Below, one piece after another: positions 24,257 to 33,888 of a DNA stretch of 64,000 bases; position 1 is the stretch's first letter; each line of letters begins with the position of its first letter. The stretch is from Acidobacteriota bacterium (GTDB lineage Bacteria; Acidobacteriota; Vicinamibacteria; Vicinamibacterales; CAVVIG01). Under the pieces are notes generated by a model. It did no database searches. It saw only the letters and a list, made by a program, of their open reading frames with translations, and was not told the DNA's origin. The stretch spans positions 3,693 to 67,692 of the forward strand of contig JADZED010000049.1 in assembly GCA_020850715.1 (NCBI GenBank), read 5' to 3'. The translations under genes were made by a program, and so were the position numbers.

Positions 24257-24433
24257 TCCGGGCGCTCCGCGAGGCAGCCGGCGCCGGCCGGCCGCACCGT
24301 AAGTCGCCCCCCGCAGGCGGGGGCTCCGTGTTCTTCACGCGGGAGGGCTGGGGCCCCCGCACCTTGCCGCGCCACTCTAGCAGCGGTCGGGCCGCAGGTC
24401 AACAGTAAGTTCAATTGCCTCAGCAGTTACACC

Positions 24434-26230
24434 TCATCCTCGCCAGGGCACGACCGAGAGCAGGTGGTGCGGTTCGGCCAGGTCCCGCGCGGCCGGCGTG
24501 ATGATCGCGCGCTCGGACACGACAAGCGTGCGTCCCGTCTTGAGCGCCAGACGGACGTCCTCCTCGCAGACGAAGTCGAGTGGAGCCTCGCCGGGTACGG
24601 ACGGCGGCGGGGCGGCAGGCGCGGCGGCGGGCGCCGCGGTCAGGCCCGTGGGCGGGGAGCCCGGCGCGGCGCCCTCCGGCCTGAGTCCGCGCGAGCCGAG
24701 GAATTCGTCGATCCGTTGGGCGAGCGCGCCCGCCGGGATTCCCCTGGCAGCCGCCGGTCTTGGCGGAGCGGCCGGCAGCCGCGGCGCCCCGGCAACCTCG
24801 ACCGCCGATGGCGGCCGGCCCGACGCCGCGCGCTCGAAGCGATTCTGGACCGGCGTGATCTCGTAGGCCAGCCGTTTGACGTTCAGCAGGTGGAGCGGCG
24901 AAATGTTGTCCGACGTGATGTTCCCGCCGTAGCCGCCGCAGCCGAGGGTCATCGACGGATCGAGCCCGGTGGTCAGACCGATCGAGCCGAACGTGGTCGG
25001 CGTGTTCACGACGATCCGGAACGCCGGCTTCTTCAGGCCGAACTCGAGGATGATCGGCTCGCTGCGCGAATGGATGGACATCGTGTGGCCCATTCCGCCG
25101 TAGCGAAGGATCTGCCTGCAGCGTTCGCACCCCTCCTGCCAGTCCCGGACCACGTAGAACGCGAGCACGGGACAGAGCTTCTCGATGGACAGCGGATAGT
25201 CACGGCCGACACCCTCGAGCTCGGCGATCAGCACGCGCGTCCCGGCCGGCACGCCGACGCCGCACTGCTCGGCGATGAATGCGGCGCTCCTGCCGACCAG
25301 CCGCGGATTGGGCAGCCGCTGCGGCGTGACGAGGAGGCGTGCAACCGCTTCTGCTTCGGCGCGGCCGAGGAAGTACGCGCCCTGCGCCTGGAACTGGCGG
25401 CGTACCTCTTCGGCGATCGGCTCGTCGACCACCACCGAGTTCTCCGATGAGCAGAGCAGGCCGTTGTCGAACGTCTTGCCGGTGATGACGTCGCGCACCG
25501 CCTTGCCGACATCCGCGGTCCGCTCGATGAACGCCGGCGCGTTGCCCGGGCCGACGCCGTAGGCCGGCTTGCCGGCGCTGTAGGCGGCCCGCACCAGCCC
25601 CATCCCGCCCGTGGCCAGAATGACCGACACGTCGCGATGCCGCATCAGTTCCTGCGTGCCCTCGAGGCTGACGGTCGTCATCCAGTTGATCGCGCCCGGC
25701 GGCGCGCCGGCGCGCCGGGCCGCCTCGTCCAGCACCTCCGCGACCGCGGTGATGCACTTCACGGCGGAGGGGTGCGGACTCAGCACGATCGTGCAGCGCG
25801 CCTTGATCGCGATCAGGATCTTGTAGATCGCCGTCGAGGTCGGGTTGGTCGACGGCACGACGGCGGCCACGACCCCGAATGGCTCGGCGATCTCGACGAC
25901 CCGCTTATCGTCGTGCCGCGCGACGACCCCGACCGTCTTCATCGGCCGGATGAAGCGATAGATCTTCTGCGACGCGAACAGATTCTTCTGGATCTTGTCT
26001 TCGATCACGCCGAAGCCGGTTTCGTCGGCCGCCTGGCGGGCGAAGGCTTCGGCGTGCGAGGTCGCGGCCGCCGCCATGGCGTCGACCATCGCGTCGATGC
26101 GCTCCTGGTCGAGCTCCGCGAGCTGGAGCCATGCCTGCCTGGCGCGGCGTGCCAGTGCGCGCGCCTCGGCGATGGAGGCCAGGTCGCGATCGGTCGGGGG
26201 GAGAACGGCCGGATCAGTCACGAACGTCAC
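24434..26230 (-). CDS. CoA-acylating-type aldehyde dehydrogenase (AdhE/EutE/PduP-like ALDH domain) with ~135-aa C-terminal extension
   Basis: [21 protein letters not shown]...[16 protein letters not shown] contains the catalytic Cys context. The C-terminal extension has a Pro/Ala-rich linker, the amphipathic helix [16 protein letters not shown], and a terminal 49-aa module. The gene lies 76 nt downstream of a BMC-H gene. Confidence 0.85.
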   Translation of the reverse strand: MTFVTDPAVLPPTDRDLASIAEARALARRARQAWLQLAELDQERIDAMVDAMAAAATSHAEAFARQAADETGFGVIEDKIQKNLFASQKIYRFIRPMKTVGVVARHDDKRVVEIAEPFGVVAAVVPSTNPTSTAIYKILIAIKARCTIVLSPHPSAVKCITAVAEVLDEAARRAGAPPGAINWMTTVSLEGTQELMRHRDVSVILATGGMGLVRAAYSAGKPAYGVGPGNAPAFIERTADVGKAVRDVITGKTFDNGLLCSSENSVVVDEPIAEEVRRQFQAQGAYFLGRAEAEAVARLLVTPQRLPNPRLVGRSAAFIAEQCGVGVPAGTRVLIAELEGVGRDYPLSIEKLCPVLAFYVVRDWQEGCERCRQILRYGGMGHTMSIHSRSEPIILEFGLKKPAFRIVVNTPTTFGSIGLTTGLDPSMTLGCGGYGGNITSDNISPLHLLNVKRLAYEITPVQNRFERAASGRPPSAVEVAGAPRLPAAPPRPAAARGIPAGALAQRIDEFLGSRGLRPEGAAPGSPPTGLTAAPAAAPAAPPPSVPGEAPLDFVCEEDVRLALKTGRTLVVSERAIITPAARDLAEPHHLLSVVPWRG

Positions 26231-26306
26231 TCCGCCGCGACCGGGGCCGGCGCGGTTTCGGCCCCGGCTGCAGCGCTCGTCTGCAGGCAGTCCTGACGCG
26301 TGAGCT

Positions 26307-26579
26307 TCACTTGGGCAGAATTCGTTCGACTTCGCCGTGCGGGCGCGGAATCACGTGGACAGACACGAGCTCGCCCACGCGCCGCGCGGCGGCGGCGCCC
26401 GCGTCGGTCGCCGCCTTCACGGCGCCGACGTCGCCGCGGACCATCACGGTCACGTAGCCGGCGCCGATGTACTCCTTGCCGACCAGCACGACGTTCGCCG
26501 CCTTGACCATCGCATCGGCGGCCTCGATCGATCCGATGAGTCCGCGGGTTTCAACCAGCCCGAGCGCTTCGGCCGCCAT
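26307..26579 (-). CDS. Bacterial microcompartment shell protein, BMC-H (PduA/EutM/CcmK-type single BMC domain)
   Basis: [81 protein letters not shown] is the canonical BMC-domain sequence pattern. Confidence 0.88.
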   Translation of the reverse strand: MAAEALGLVETRGLIGSIEAADAMVKAANVVLVGKEYIGAGYVTVMVRGDVGAVKAATDAGAAAARRVGELVSVHVIPRPHGEVERILPK

Positions 26580-26598
26580 GGCGCGGAACTCTAGCAAA

Positions 26599-26628
26599 TT
26601 GCAGGGGATGCGGCAACCGCGGTATACT
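26599..26628 (+). promoter_or_regulatory. Sigma-70-like promoter candidate for the secretion/pilus operon
   Basis: TTGCAG - 18 nt - TATACT in the divergent intergenic region, about 90 nt upstream of the ATG at 26717. Confidence 0.4.
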
Positions 26629-26716
26629 GCCGCTCCCGTCCGACAGCGCAACTGGCGAGCAGCCCGGGTGAGGCTCGGACCATCGCATGATCGTGCAGAA
26701 TGGGCGCAGCCCGGCC

Positions 26717-27595
26717 ATGAACGCGACGACAACCCTGTGCACGCTGCTCGCGAGCGCGCTGTTGGCGTGCGGCTGCGGCAGGCCGGTGGAGTCCGAGCCT
26801 GCCGTCGCGACCCCGTCGGTCGCGCTCAGCCACGATCGCGCGCCGCTCGGCAGCCCGATCGACATCACCTACAGATTCGTTCCGGAGCCCGGCGCGAGCT
26901 TCGACGAGGACTACCGCGTCATGGTCCACGTCGTCGACATCGACGACGAGCTGATGTGGACCGACGACCACGACCCGCCGGTCCCGACGACCCAATGGAA
27001 GGCGGGGACGCCGGTCGAGTACACGCGCACCGTGTTCATTCCGGTGTATCCGTACGTCGGCGAGGCGTCGATCCAGGTGGGCCTGTACTCGACGCGCGGC
27101 GAGAAGCGCCTCGCGCTCTCCGGCAACGACACCGGCCAGCGCGCGTATGCGGTCGCGCGGCTGCAGCTGCTGCCGCAGACCGAGAACATCTTCACGCTGT
27201 TCAAGGATGGCTGGCACCAGGCGGAAGTGGCCGACACCAACACGTCGGTCGAATGGCAGTGGACGAAGAAGGACGCGACGCTGGCGTTCAAGAACCCGAA
27301 GAAGGACGCGACCTTCTACCTTGACGCGGACAACCCGGGCAACGTCTTCCACGACACGCAGCTGGTTACCGTGTCGATCAACGGGACGGTGGCACGGCAG
27401 TTCAGTCTCGCGCCGACCGAGCGTACCCTGCAGCGGATCCCGCTGCCGGCCGCCCAGCTCGGCGAGGGCGAAATGATTAGCCTCCAGATCGGCGTCGACA
27501 AGACGTTCGTGCCCGCGCTGGTGCCGCAGTCGACCAACCAGGATGCCCGAGAGCTCGGCATCCGTGTGTTCCATGCCTTCGTGGACGCTCGATGA
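26717..27595 (+). CDS. Lipoprotein of unknown function (first gene of the secretion/pilus operon)
   Basis: Signal peptide plus lipobox [21 protein letters not shown] recognised no catalytic motif. Its stop overlaps the next start (ATGA). Confidence 0.6.
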   Translation: MNATTTLCTLLASALLACGCGRPVESEPAVATPSVALSHDRAPLGSPIDITYRFVPEPGASFDEDYRVMVHVVDIDDELMWTDDHDPPVPTTQWKAGTPVEYTRTVFIPVYPYVGEASIQVGLYSTRGEKRLALSGNDTGQRAYAVARLQLLPQTENIFTLFKDGWHQAEVADTNTSVEWQWTKKDATLAFKNPKKDATFYLDADNPGNVFHDTQLVTVSINGTVARQFSLAPTERTLQRIPLPAAQLGEGEMISLQIGVDKTFVPALVPQSTNQDARELGIRVFHAFVDAR

Positions 27596-28251
27596 CGAGG
27601 CGGCCGGCGTGCTCGGCGGCCGTCGTGTCCCTGGCGTTGATCGCGTGCGGCGCCGCGCCTGCGAGCGCCGAACTGGCATTCTTCGCCACCGGGCGGACGC
27701 TTTCCATCAGCGGTCATCACCTGGAGGGCGGTGCGCTCGTGCTGACGCTGCGCAGCGGCGGCACGATCATCTGTGAACCGTCGATGATCTCCTCGATCGA
27801 GCCAGACGAGGTGCCGTATCCCGAGCCGCCGGTGGCGCAGGTCCCGCGCAGGGCGCCTGCGGCCGCCGCGCCGGCGTCCGCCGCGCGCTACGCAGCGGCG
27901 ATCGAACGGGTGTCGACGGCCGAGGGGGTCGATCCGGATCTCGTGCGTGCGGTGATTCAGGTGGAGTCGGCGTATCGTGCCGAGGCTCGATCGCCCAAAG
28001 GCGCGATGGGGCTGATGCAGCTGATGCCGTCGATCGCGCGGCAGTACGGCCTGGACGACCCGTTCGATCCGGTGGCGAACCTCGCGGCGGGCATCAGACA
28101 CCTGAAGCGTCTGCTGCTGCGCTATCCGCCGGCGCTGGCGCTGGCCGCCTACAACGCCGGCGAGGGCGCGGTGGCGCGCTTTGGCGGCATCCCGCCCTAT
28201 CCGGAGACGCGCGCGTATGTCTCGCGCGTGCTCGCCCTGGCGGGGAGCTGA
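27592..28251 (+). CDS. Soluble-lytic-transglycosylase (SLT, GH23) domain lipoprotein
   Basis: Lipobox SLALIACG. SLT motifs VIQVESAYRAEARSPKGAMGLMQLMP and AAYNAGEGAV. Confidence 0.85.
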   Translation: MTRRPACSAAVVSLALIACGAAPASAELAFFATGRTLSISGHHLEGGALVLTLRSGGTIICEPSMISSIEPDEVPYPEPPVAQVPRRAPAAAAPASAARYAAAIERVSTAEGVDPDLVRAVIQVESAYRAEARSPKGAMGLMQLMPSIARQYGLDDPFDPVANLAAGIRHLKRLLLRYPPALALAAYNAGEGAVARFGGIPPYPETRAYVSRVLALAGS

Positions 28252-28304
28252 CCTCAGCCTTTCCCCGCGCTGCACGGTCTGGCCGTCTCGATGGTTCAGC
28301 CGGC

Positions 28305-29534
28305 TTGCTACAATTGGACGCCGTGGAATACCGAGCTCGACTGGCATCGGCGACCGGTGAGATCACCGAAGGCGTGTATGCCGCCGAGAGCGAGTCGCGC
28401 CTGCGCCACGAGCTCGAAGAGAAGGGGCTCCACGTCCTCTCTCTCCGGCCGAAGCGTGCGCTCGTCGCGAGGCTGCCGCTGCCGGTGCGGCCGGCGGTGC
28501 CCACGCGGGAGTTCCTCGTCTTCAACCAGGAGCTGGCGACGCTGCTGAAGGCCGGCATGCCGCTGGTCCAGTCGCTCGATCTGCTGAAGCGCCGCGTCGC
28601 CTCGCCGGTATTCAAGTCGCTGCTCGAAGACGTGCACGACAAAGTGCGAGCCGGCACGGCGCTCTCGGACGCCTTCGCGGCGCACGGCGACCTCTTTCCG
28701 CGCGTCTACACCGCGTCGCTGCTCGCCGGGGAGCGCAGCGGCAACCTCGACGCCGTCCTGCGGCGCTATGTCGAGTACACGAAGGTCGTGGCGGCGGTGA
28801 AGCGGAAGACCGTCTCGGCGCTGGTCTATCCCTTCGTGCTGATCGCGCTCGCGGTCGCCCTGGTGGGGATCATCGTCTTGAAGGTCGTGCCCGCCTTCTC
28901 CGACTTCTATGCCGCGTTCGGCGCGCAGCTGCCCTTGATCACGCGCGTGATCGTTGCCGTCTCCGAGGCGCTCCGTGCGGAGTGGTCCGCGATCGTGCTG
29001 GCCACGGCCGCGGCCGGGGTGGCCCTGGCCGCCTGGATCCGCCGGCCAGGGCGGCAGGCGCAGCTCGATCGACTCGTGCTCGGCCTGCCGGGGATCGGGC
29101 CGACCGCGCGGAAGTTCGCGACGTCCCAGATGGCGCGAACGCTGGCCACGCTGCTGGGCGGCGGGCTGCCGCTGGTCAACGCCCTGGACATCGCCGCGCG
29201 TTCGGTGGGCAACCAGCACATCGGCGGGCAGCTCGACATCGTGGCCGTGCGGGTACGCGAAGGAGAGTCGTTCGCGGCGGCGCTCGAGCGGCGCGGGGCG
29301 TTTCCCGAGGTCGCGGTGAAGATGGCCGAGGTGGGCGAGTCGACCGGCGCGCTGCAGGAGATGCTCAACACGGTCGCCGACTTCTACGACGAGGAGATCG
29401 CGACCAGCCTCGAGCGCTTCGTCACGCTGGTCGAACCGGCGCTGCTCGTGATCATGGGCGTCGTCATCGCCGGCCTGCTCCTTGCGCTGTACATGCCGCT
29501 CTTCCAGCTCAGCTCGGTGCTCGCGGCCACCTAA
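28305..29534 (+). CDS. GspF/PilC-family inner-membrane platform protein
   Basis: 409 aa with two T2SSF repeats (FNQELATLLKAGMPLVQSL... and ARTLATLLGGGLPLVNAL...) and three TM segments. The start is TTG. Confidence 0.9.
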   Translation: MLQLDAVEYRARLASATGEITEGVYAAESESRLRHELEEKGLHVLSLRPKRALVARLPLPVRPAVPTREFLVFNQELATLLKAGMPLVQSLDLLKRRVASPVFKSLLEDVHDKVRAGTALSDAFAAHGDLFPRVYTASLLAGERSGNLDAVLRRYVEYTKVVAAVKRKTVSALVYPFVLIALAVALVGIIVLKVVPAFSDFYAAFGAQLPLITRVIVAVSEALRAEWSAIVLATAAAGVALAAWIRRPGRQAQLDRLVLGLPGIGPTARKFATSQMARTLATLLGGGLPLVNALDIAARSVGNQHIGGQLDIVAVRVREGESFAAALERRGAFPEVAVKMAEVGESTGALQEMLNTVADFYDEEIATSLERFVTLVEPALLVIMGVVIAGLLLALYMPLFQLSSVLAAT

Positions 29535-29537
29535 GCC

Positions 29538-31193
29538 ATGTCGTCCGCAAATCCGAACCCCGCCGATCTTCATCTCGGCACGGCCGAACCGGGCCCGGTC
29601 AGCGACGCCGACCGGCGCGCCGAGGTCGAGCAGGCGCGGCACCTGGCCGAACGGTACCGCCTCGAGCTGGTCGACATGGACGCGTTCAGGATCGACCAGG
29701 CGCTGTTCCGATCCATTCCGGCCGACCTGATGCTCCGCTACGGCTTCGTCCCGTACCGGCGCGAAGGGAAGACGCTGGCGATTGTCGTCTCCGATCCGAC
29801 CGATCTGCCGATGATCGACGAGCTGGGCGTGCTGCTGGAGACGCCGATCAAGGTGGCCGTCGGGCCGAAATCCGCGATCGCGGCGATTCTGAAGAAGAGC
29901 GAGAGCTCCACGCGCGTGCTGGAGGATGCGACCGAGAGCTTCCAGTTGCAGCTCCTCAAGGACGAAGACGGGGGCGAGGACAGCCTGACCGTCGAGCGGC
30001 TCACGAGCGACATCAGTCCGGTCATCCGCCTGGTCGACTCGACGATCTACACGGCCATTCAGCGGCGCGCCAGCGACATCCACATCGAGACGGCAGACGA
30101 CGCGGTCCACGTGAAGTACCGGGTCGACGGCGTGCTGCAGCCGGCGATGCGGCCGATCGCGAAGCAGTTTCACAGCCCGATCCTGTCGCGCATCAAGGTG
30201 ATGGCCGAGCTGGACATCGCCGAGAAGCGCGTGCCGCAGGACGGCCGCTTCCGGCTCCGGATGCCCGGCAAGACGATCGACTTCCGCGTCTCGGTGATGC
30301 CGAGCGTCCACGGCGAGGACGCGGTGATCCGCATCCTCGACAAGGAATCGATCAGCGAGCAGTTCACCGAACTGCGGCTCGACATCCTCGGGTTTCCCGA
30401 GCCGGAGCTGAAACGCTTCCGCAAGTACATCGCCGAGCCGTACGGCATGGTCCTGGTCACCGGGCCGACCGGCAGCGGCAAGACGACGACGCTCTACGCC
30501 GCGCTGTCGGAGATCAAGTCGTCGGAAGACAAGATCATCACCATCGAGGATCCGGTCGAGTACCAGCTCAAGGGGATTACGCAGATCCCGATCAACGAGA
30601 AGAAGGGGCTGACGTTTGCCCGCGGCCTCCGCTCGATCCTGCGCCACGATCCCGACAAGATCATGGTGGGAGAGATCCGCGACAACGAAACGGCGCAGAT
30701 CGCCATCAACTCGGCGCTCACCGGGCACCTGGTCTTCACGACCGTGCACGCCAACAACGTGCTCGACGTCCTCGGACGCTTCCTCAACATGGGCGTCGAG
30801 GCCTACCAGTTCGTCTCCGCGCTCAACTGCGTGCTCGCGCAGCGGCTGGTGCGCAATACCTGCCTCCACTGCAAGCGTCCGGTCGCAGTGACGCGCGCCA
30901 TGCTCGAGGAGTCGGGCCTCGATCCGGCGCTCGAGCGCACCCACACCTTCCATGAAGGCCGCGGCTGCATCGAGTGCGGCGGCACCGGCTACAAGGGGCG
31001 GACCGCCATCTGCGAGCTGCTCGATCTGACCGATCGCATCCGCGAGATGATCCTCGAGAAGCGGCCGACCTCCGAGATCAAGAAGGCGGCGCGCGAGGAC
31101 GGCATGCGCTTCCTCCGCGAATCGGCGGTCGAACGCGTGCTCGAAGGGGCGACGACGCTGCGCGAAATCAACAAGGTGACGTTCGTCGAATGA
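29538..31193 (+). CDS. GspE/PilB-family secretion/pilus assembly ATPase
   Basis: T2SSE_N domain at the N-terminus; Walker A GPTGSGKTTT; Asp box; Walker B IMVGEIRD; His box; tetracysteine CLHCK...CIECGGTG. Confidence 0.93.
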   Translation: MSSANPNPADLHLGTAEPGPVSDADRRAEVEQARHLAERYRLELVDMDAFRIDQALFRSIPADLMLRYGFVPYRREGKTLAIVVSDPTDLPMIDELGVLLETPIKVAVGPKSAIAAILKKSESSTRVLEDATESFQLQLLKDEDGGEDSLTVERLTSDISPVIRLVDSTIYTAIQRRASDIHIETADDAVHVKYRVDGVLQPAMRPIAKQFHSPILSRIKVMAELDIAEKRVPQDGRFRLRMPGKTIDFRVSVMPSVHGEDAVIRILDKESISEQFTELRLDILGFPEPELKRFRKYIAEPYGMVLVTGPTGSGKTTTLYAALSEIKSSEDKIITIEDPVEYQLKGITQIPINEKKGLTFARGLRSILRHDPDKIMVGEIRDNETAQIAINSALTGHLVFTTVHANNVLDVLGRFLNMGVEAYQFVSALNCVLAQRLVRNTCLHCKRPVAVTRAMLEESGLDPALERTHTFHEGRGCIECGGTGYKGRTAICELLDLTDRIREMILEKRPTSEIKKAAREDGMRFLRESAVERVLEGATTLREINKVTFVE

Positions 31194-32185
31194 GCGGTCT
31201 CCTCGCGCGCGCCCTTCGTGCCACCTCCGGACCGCCCGCGGCGGTCGAGCTGGCCGCCAATCGCGTATCGGGCGCCAGCATCGAGTGGCGCGGCGCCAGG
31301 CCCTCGATCGCGGCGCACGCCGTCGAGCCGCTGCCCGGGGGAGCGCTCGTGCCGTCGCTGACCGCGCACAACGCGCACGACCGCAAGACGGTCGTCGCCG
31401 CCATCGGCGCCGTGCTCGATCGCATCGGCCGGCCCCGGCGCATCGGGCTCGTGGTGCCCGACGTGGTGGCGAAGATCTCGATCATCCGCTTCGCGCAGCT
31501 GCCGACGCGGCCGCACGACCTCGATCAGCTGGTTCGCTGGCAGGTGCGGAAGACCACGCCGTTCCCCACCGACGAGGCCCGGCTCTCGTGTGCGCCCGGT
31601 CTGGCGTACGACGACGGCACCGACGTGCTGGTCTCGATTGCACGGCGCGAGATCGTCGAGGAGTACGAGAGCCTCTGCGCCGACGCGGGCGCCACCGCCG
31701 GCATCGTCGACATCGCGACGTTCAATATCGTCAACGCCGTGCTGGCGGCCTCCGGCCAGGCGCCGGCCGGCCCCCCGGCCGGCGCCGACACCGGCGACTG
31801 GCTGCTGGTGAACGTCGGCGTGGACTACGTGTCGATGGCACTGCTGCGCGGCTCGTGCGTGATCTTCTTCCGGAACCGCGCGGCCGATTCGGACGGCACG
31901 CTGGCCGACCTCGTCCATCAGTCGGCGATGTACTACGAGGACCGGCTGCAGGGCGCCGGCCTCGGCCGCGTCGTGCTGGCTGGTGCGGCCGAGCACGGGA
32001 TCCGCCACGCGGGCGACGTCGACCAGCTGCGCCGCATGCTCGAGCAGCGGCTGCACACGCCGGTCGACAGCGTCGACCCGCGCGGCGCCGCCGCCCTGAC
32101 GGATCGGATCTCGGCGGCGCCCGCGCTCCTCGACACGCTCGCGCCGCTGGTGGGGCTGCTGCTGCGCGATCGGGTGGCGGCATGA
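31190..32185 (+). CDS. PilM-like actin-fold assembly protein
   Basis: About 331 aa. IGLVVPDVVAKISIIRFAQLPTRPHDLDQLVRWQVRKTTPFP, and position upstream of PilN/PilO-like genes. ATGA overlap with the ATPase gene. Confidence 0.8.
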   Translation: MSGLLARALRATSGPPAAVELAANRVSGASIEWRGARPSIAAHAVEPLPGGALVPSLTAHNAHDRKTVVAAIGAVLDRIGRPRRIGLVVPDVVAKISIIRFAQLPTRPHDLDQLVRWQVRKTTPFPTDEARLSCAPGLAYDDGTDVLVSIARREIVEEYESLCADAGATAGIVDIATFNIVNAVLAASGQAPAGPPAGADTGDWLLVNVGVDYVSMALLRGSCVIFFRNRAADSDGTLADLVHQSAMYYEDRLQGAGLGRVVLAGAAEHGIRHAGDVDQLRRMLEQRLHTPVDSVDPRGAAALTDRISAAPALLDTLAPLVGLLLRDRVAA

Positions 32186-32778
32186 TTCGCACCAACCTCG
32201 CCACGCGTCCTTTCTACAACGAACGGCCGGTGCACGCCGCGCTGGCCGTCCTGGCGGCGCTGGCGATCGTCATCACTCTGTTCAACGTCACGAGCCTGAT
32301 CCGCTCCTCGCGCACCGACACGCGGTTTGGCGCCCAGGCGGCGCGCGACGAGGCGTCGGCGCGCGACCTGCAGGCGGAGGCGGCGCGGCTGCGCGCCACC
32401 GTCGACGCGCACGCGGTGGAGAACGCGTCGGAGGCGGCGCGGCTGGCCAACGACCTGATCGACCGCCGCACCTTCTCCTGGACCGAGCTGTTCAACCGGT
32501 TCGAGGCGACGCTGCCCGACCAGGTGCGCATCACGGCGGTCCGACCGCAGGTCGACGTCGCGAACGGCACCAGGCTGACCATCAACGTGATCGCCGCCGA
32601 CACCGACGACGTCGCCCAGTTCATGGAGAAGCTCGAGGCCACCGGCGCCTTCAAGGACCTGCGCGGTACGAGCCAGGAGCGGATCAACGAGCAGGGGATG
32701 CTCGAGGCGACCCTCGAGACGCGGTATGTGCCTGGCGGCGCCGCCCCCACGGCCGGCGCCGGAGGAGCGCGCCGGTGA
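32182..32778 (+). CDS. PilN-like bitopic assembly protein
   Basis: MIRTNLATRPFYNERP, then a single TM segment (AALAVLAALAIVITLF), a coiled coil and an alpha/beta domain. ATGA overlap. Confidence 0.75.
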   Translation: MIRTNLATRPFYNERPVHAALAVLAALAIVITLFNVTSLIRSSRTDTRFGAQAARDEASARDLQAEAARLRATVDAHAVENASEAARLANDLIDRRTFSWTELFNRFEATLPDQVRITAVRPQVDVANGTRLTINVIAADTDDVAQFMEKLEATGAFKDLRGTSQERINEQGMLEATLETRYVPGGAAPTAGAGGARR

Positions 32779-33353
32779 CGCCGCTCCGACGCGTCCTCGC
32801 CGACAAGCGACGCCTGATCGTTCCCGTCGCGATCGCGCTGCTGGCGAACCTCGGGTTGTATGTGTTCGCCGTGCGCCCGCTCAGCCGCCGGCAGGCGAGC
32901 GTGCAGGATCGGGCCGCCGCCGCCGCCCAGGCCCGGCGCGCGGCGGAGGAGGCGCTCGCTGCGGCCCACGCCCTGGTCGACGGCAAGAGCCGCGCGGACG
33001 AGGAACTCGCCACCTTCTACGACAAGGTGCTGCCGCCGAGCCTCTCCGACGCCAGGCGCATGACATACGCATCGCTGCCGACGCTCGCCCGCAAGACCAA
33101 CGTCACCTTCTCCGAGCGCCGCACCGAGCTGACGCAGACCGACACCACCGGCCGGCCGCTCGGACATCTCCAGATCCGGATGCAGCTCGCCGGCGACTAC
33201 GACAGCATCCGACAATTCATCTACGAGCTCGAAAACGCGCCGGAGTTCCTGATCCTGGACGACGTGGAGCTCGCGCAGAACGATCCGGCGCGGCCGCTCT
33301 CGTTGATCGTCGCGCTCTCGGCCTACTATCGCCTGGGCGACAATGGCATCTGA
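32775..33353 (+). CDS. PilO/GspM-like bitopic assembly protein
   Basis: N-terminal TM segment (IVPVAIALLANLGLYVFAV), a coiled coil, and a C-terminal ferredoxin-like region (LQIRMQLAGDYDSIRQFIYELENAPEFLILDDVEL). GTGA overlap. Confidence 0.65.
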   Translation: MTPLRRVLADKRRLIVPVAIALLANLGLYVFAVRPLSRRQASVQDRAAAAAQARRAAEEALAAAHALVDGKSRADEELATFYDKVLPPSLSDARRMTYASLPTLARKTNVTFSERRTELTQTDTTGRPLGHLQIRMQLAGDYDSIRQFIYELENAPEFLILDDVELAQNDPARPLSLIVALSAYYRLGDNGI

Positions 33354-33888
33354 CTGGCGCCGGCCGCTCCTCTTCGGCGCGGTCGCTTTCGGCCTCCTTC
33401 TTGCGGCCTATCGCCTCTGGCCCCGGACGTCTGCGGGCGCCGCCCCATCGTCGAATCAGGCGGGCACGGCCCGGAACGCGCGATCGGACGCCGAACGTGC
33501 GCCGCTGGCGGGGCCCGACGTGCGGCTCGAGACCCTCGCGGGAGAGCGAACCGCGCCCGGCGCCGGCGGTCGCGACCTGTTTCGTTTCAAGCCGCGCGCG
33601 GCGCCGCCGCCGTCCGAGCCGGCGCGTCCCGCCCCGATGCGCCCCGAGCCGGCCGGCCCGCCGGCAGCCGCCCCCGTGCAGCCGATCGCGTTGAAGTTCA
33701 TCGGGATCATCGACCGCGGCGGGCAGCGGATCGCCGTATTGAGCGATTCGGCGGGCCATGTGGATTACGGCGCGGAAGGGGCCATAATCGGGGGCCGGTA
33801 TCGGGTGCTGAAGATCGGCGTCGAGTCGATCGAAATGGCGCACCTCGATGGGCGCGGACGACAGGTGATTCGGCTCACGGGATCGTGA
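33343..33888 (+). CDS. PilP/GspC-like protein (TM anchor, Pro-rich linker, small beta domain)
   Basis: TM segment LLFGAVAFGLLLAAY, a Pro/Ala linker, and a C-terminal LKFIGIIDRGGQRIAVLSD...GGRYRVLKIGVESIEM beta-domain pattern. Position immediately upstream of the secretin. Confidence 0.5.
   Translation: MASDWRRPLLFGAVAFGLLLAAYRLWPRTSAGAAPSSNQAGTARNARSDAERAPLAGPDVRLETLAGERTAPGAGGRDLFRFKPRAAPPPSEPARPAPMRPEPAGPPAAAPVQPIALKFIGIIDRGGQRIAVLSDSAGHVDYGAEGAIIGGRYRVLKIGVESIEMAHLDGRGRQVIRLTGS

Noticed and set aside
24300-24330. A short GC hairpin (cccccgc-ag-gcggggg) between the aldehyde dehydrogenase and the transglycosylase genes, considered as a terminator.
   Set aside because: The loop is too tight for the full stem. 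On the relevant minus strand no U-tract follows, so the evidence for termination is insufficient.
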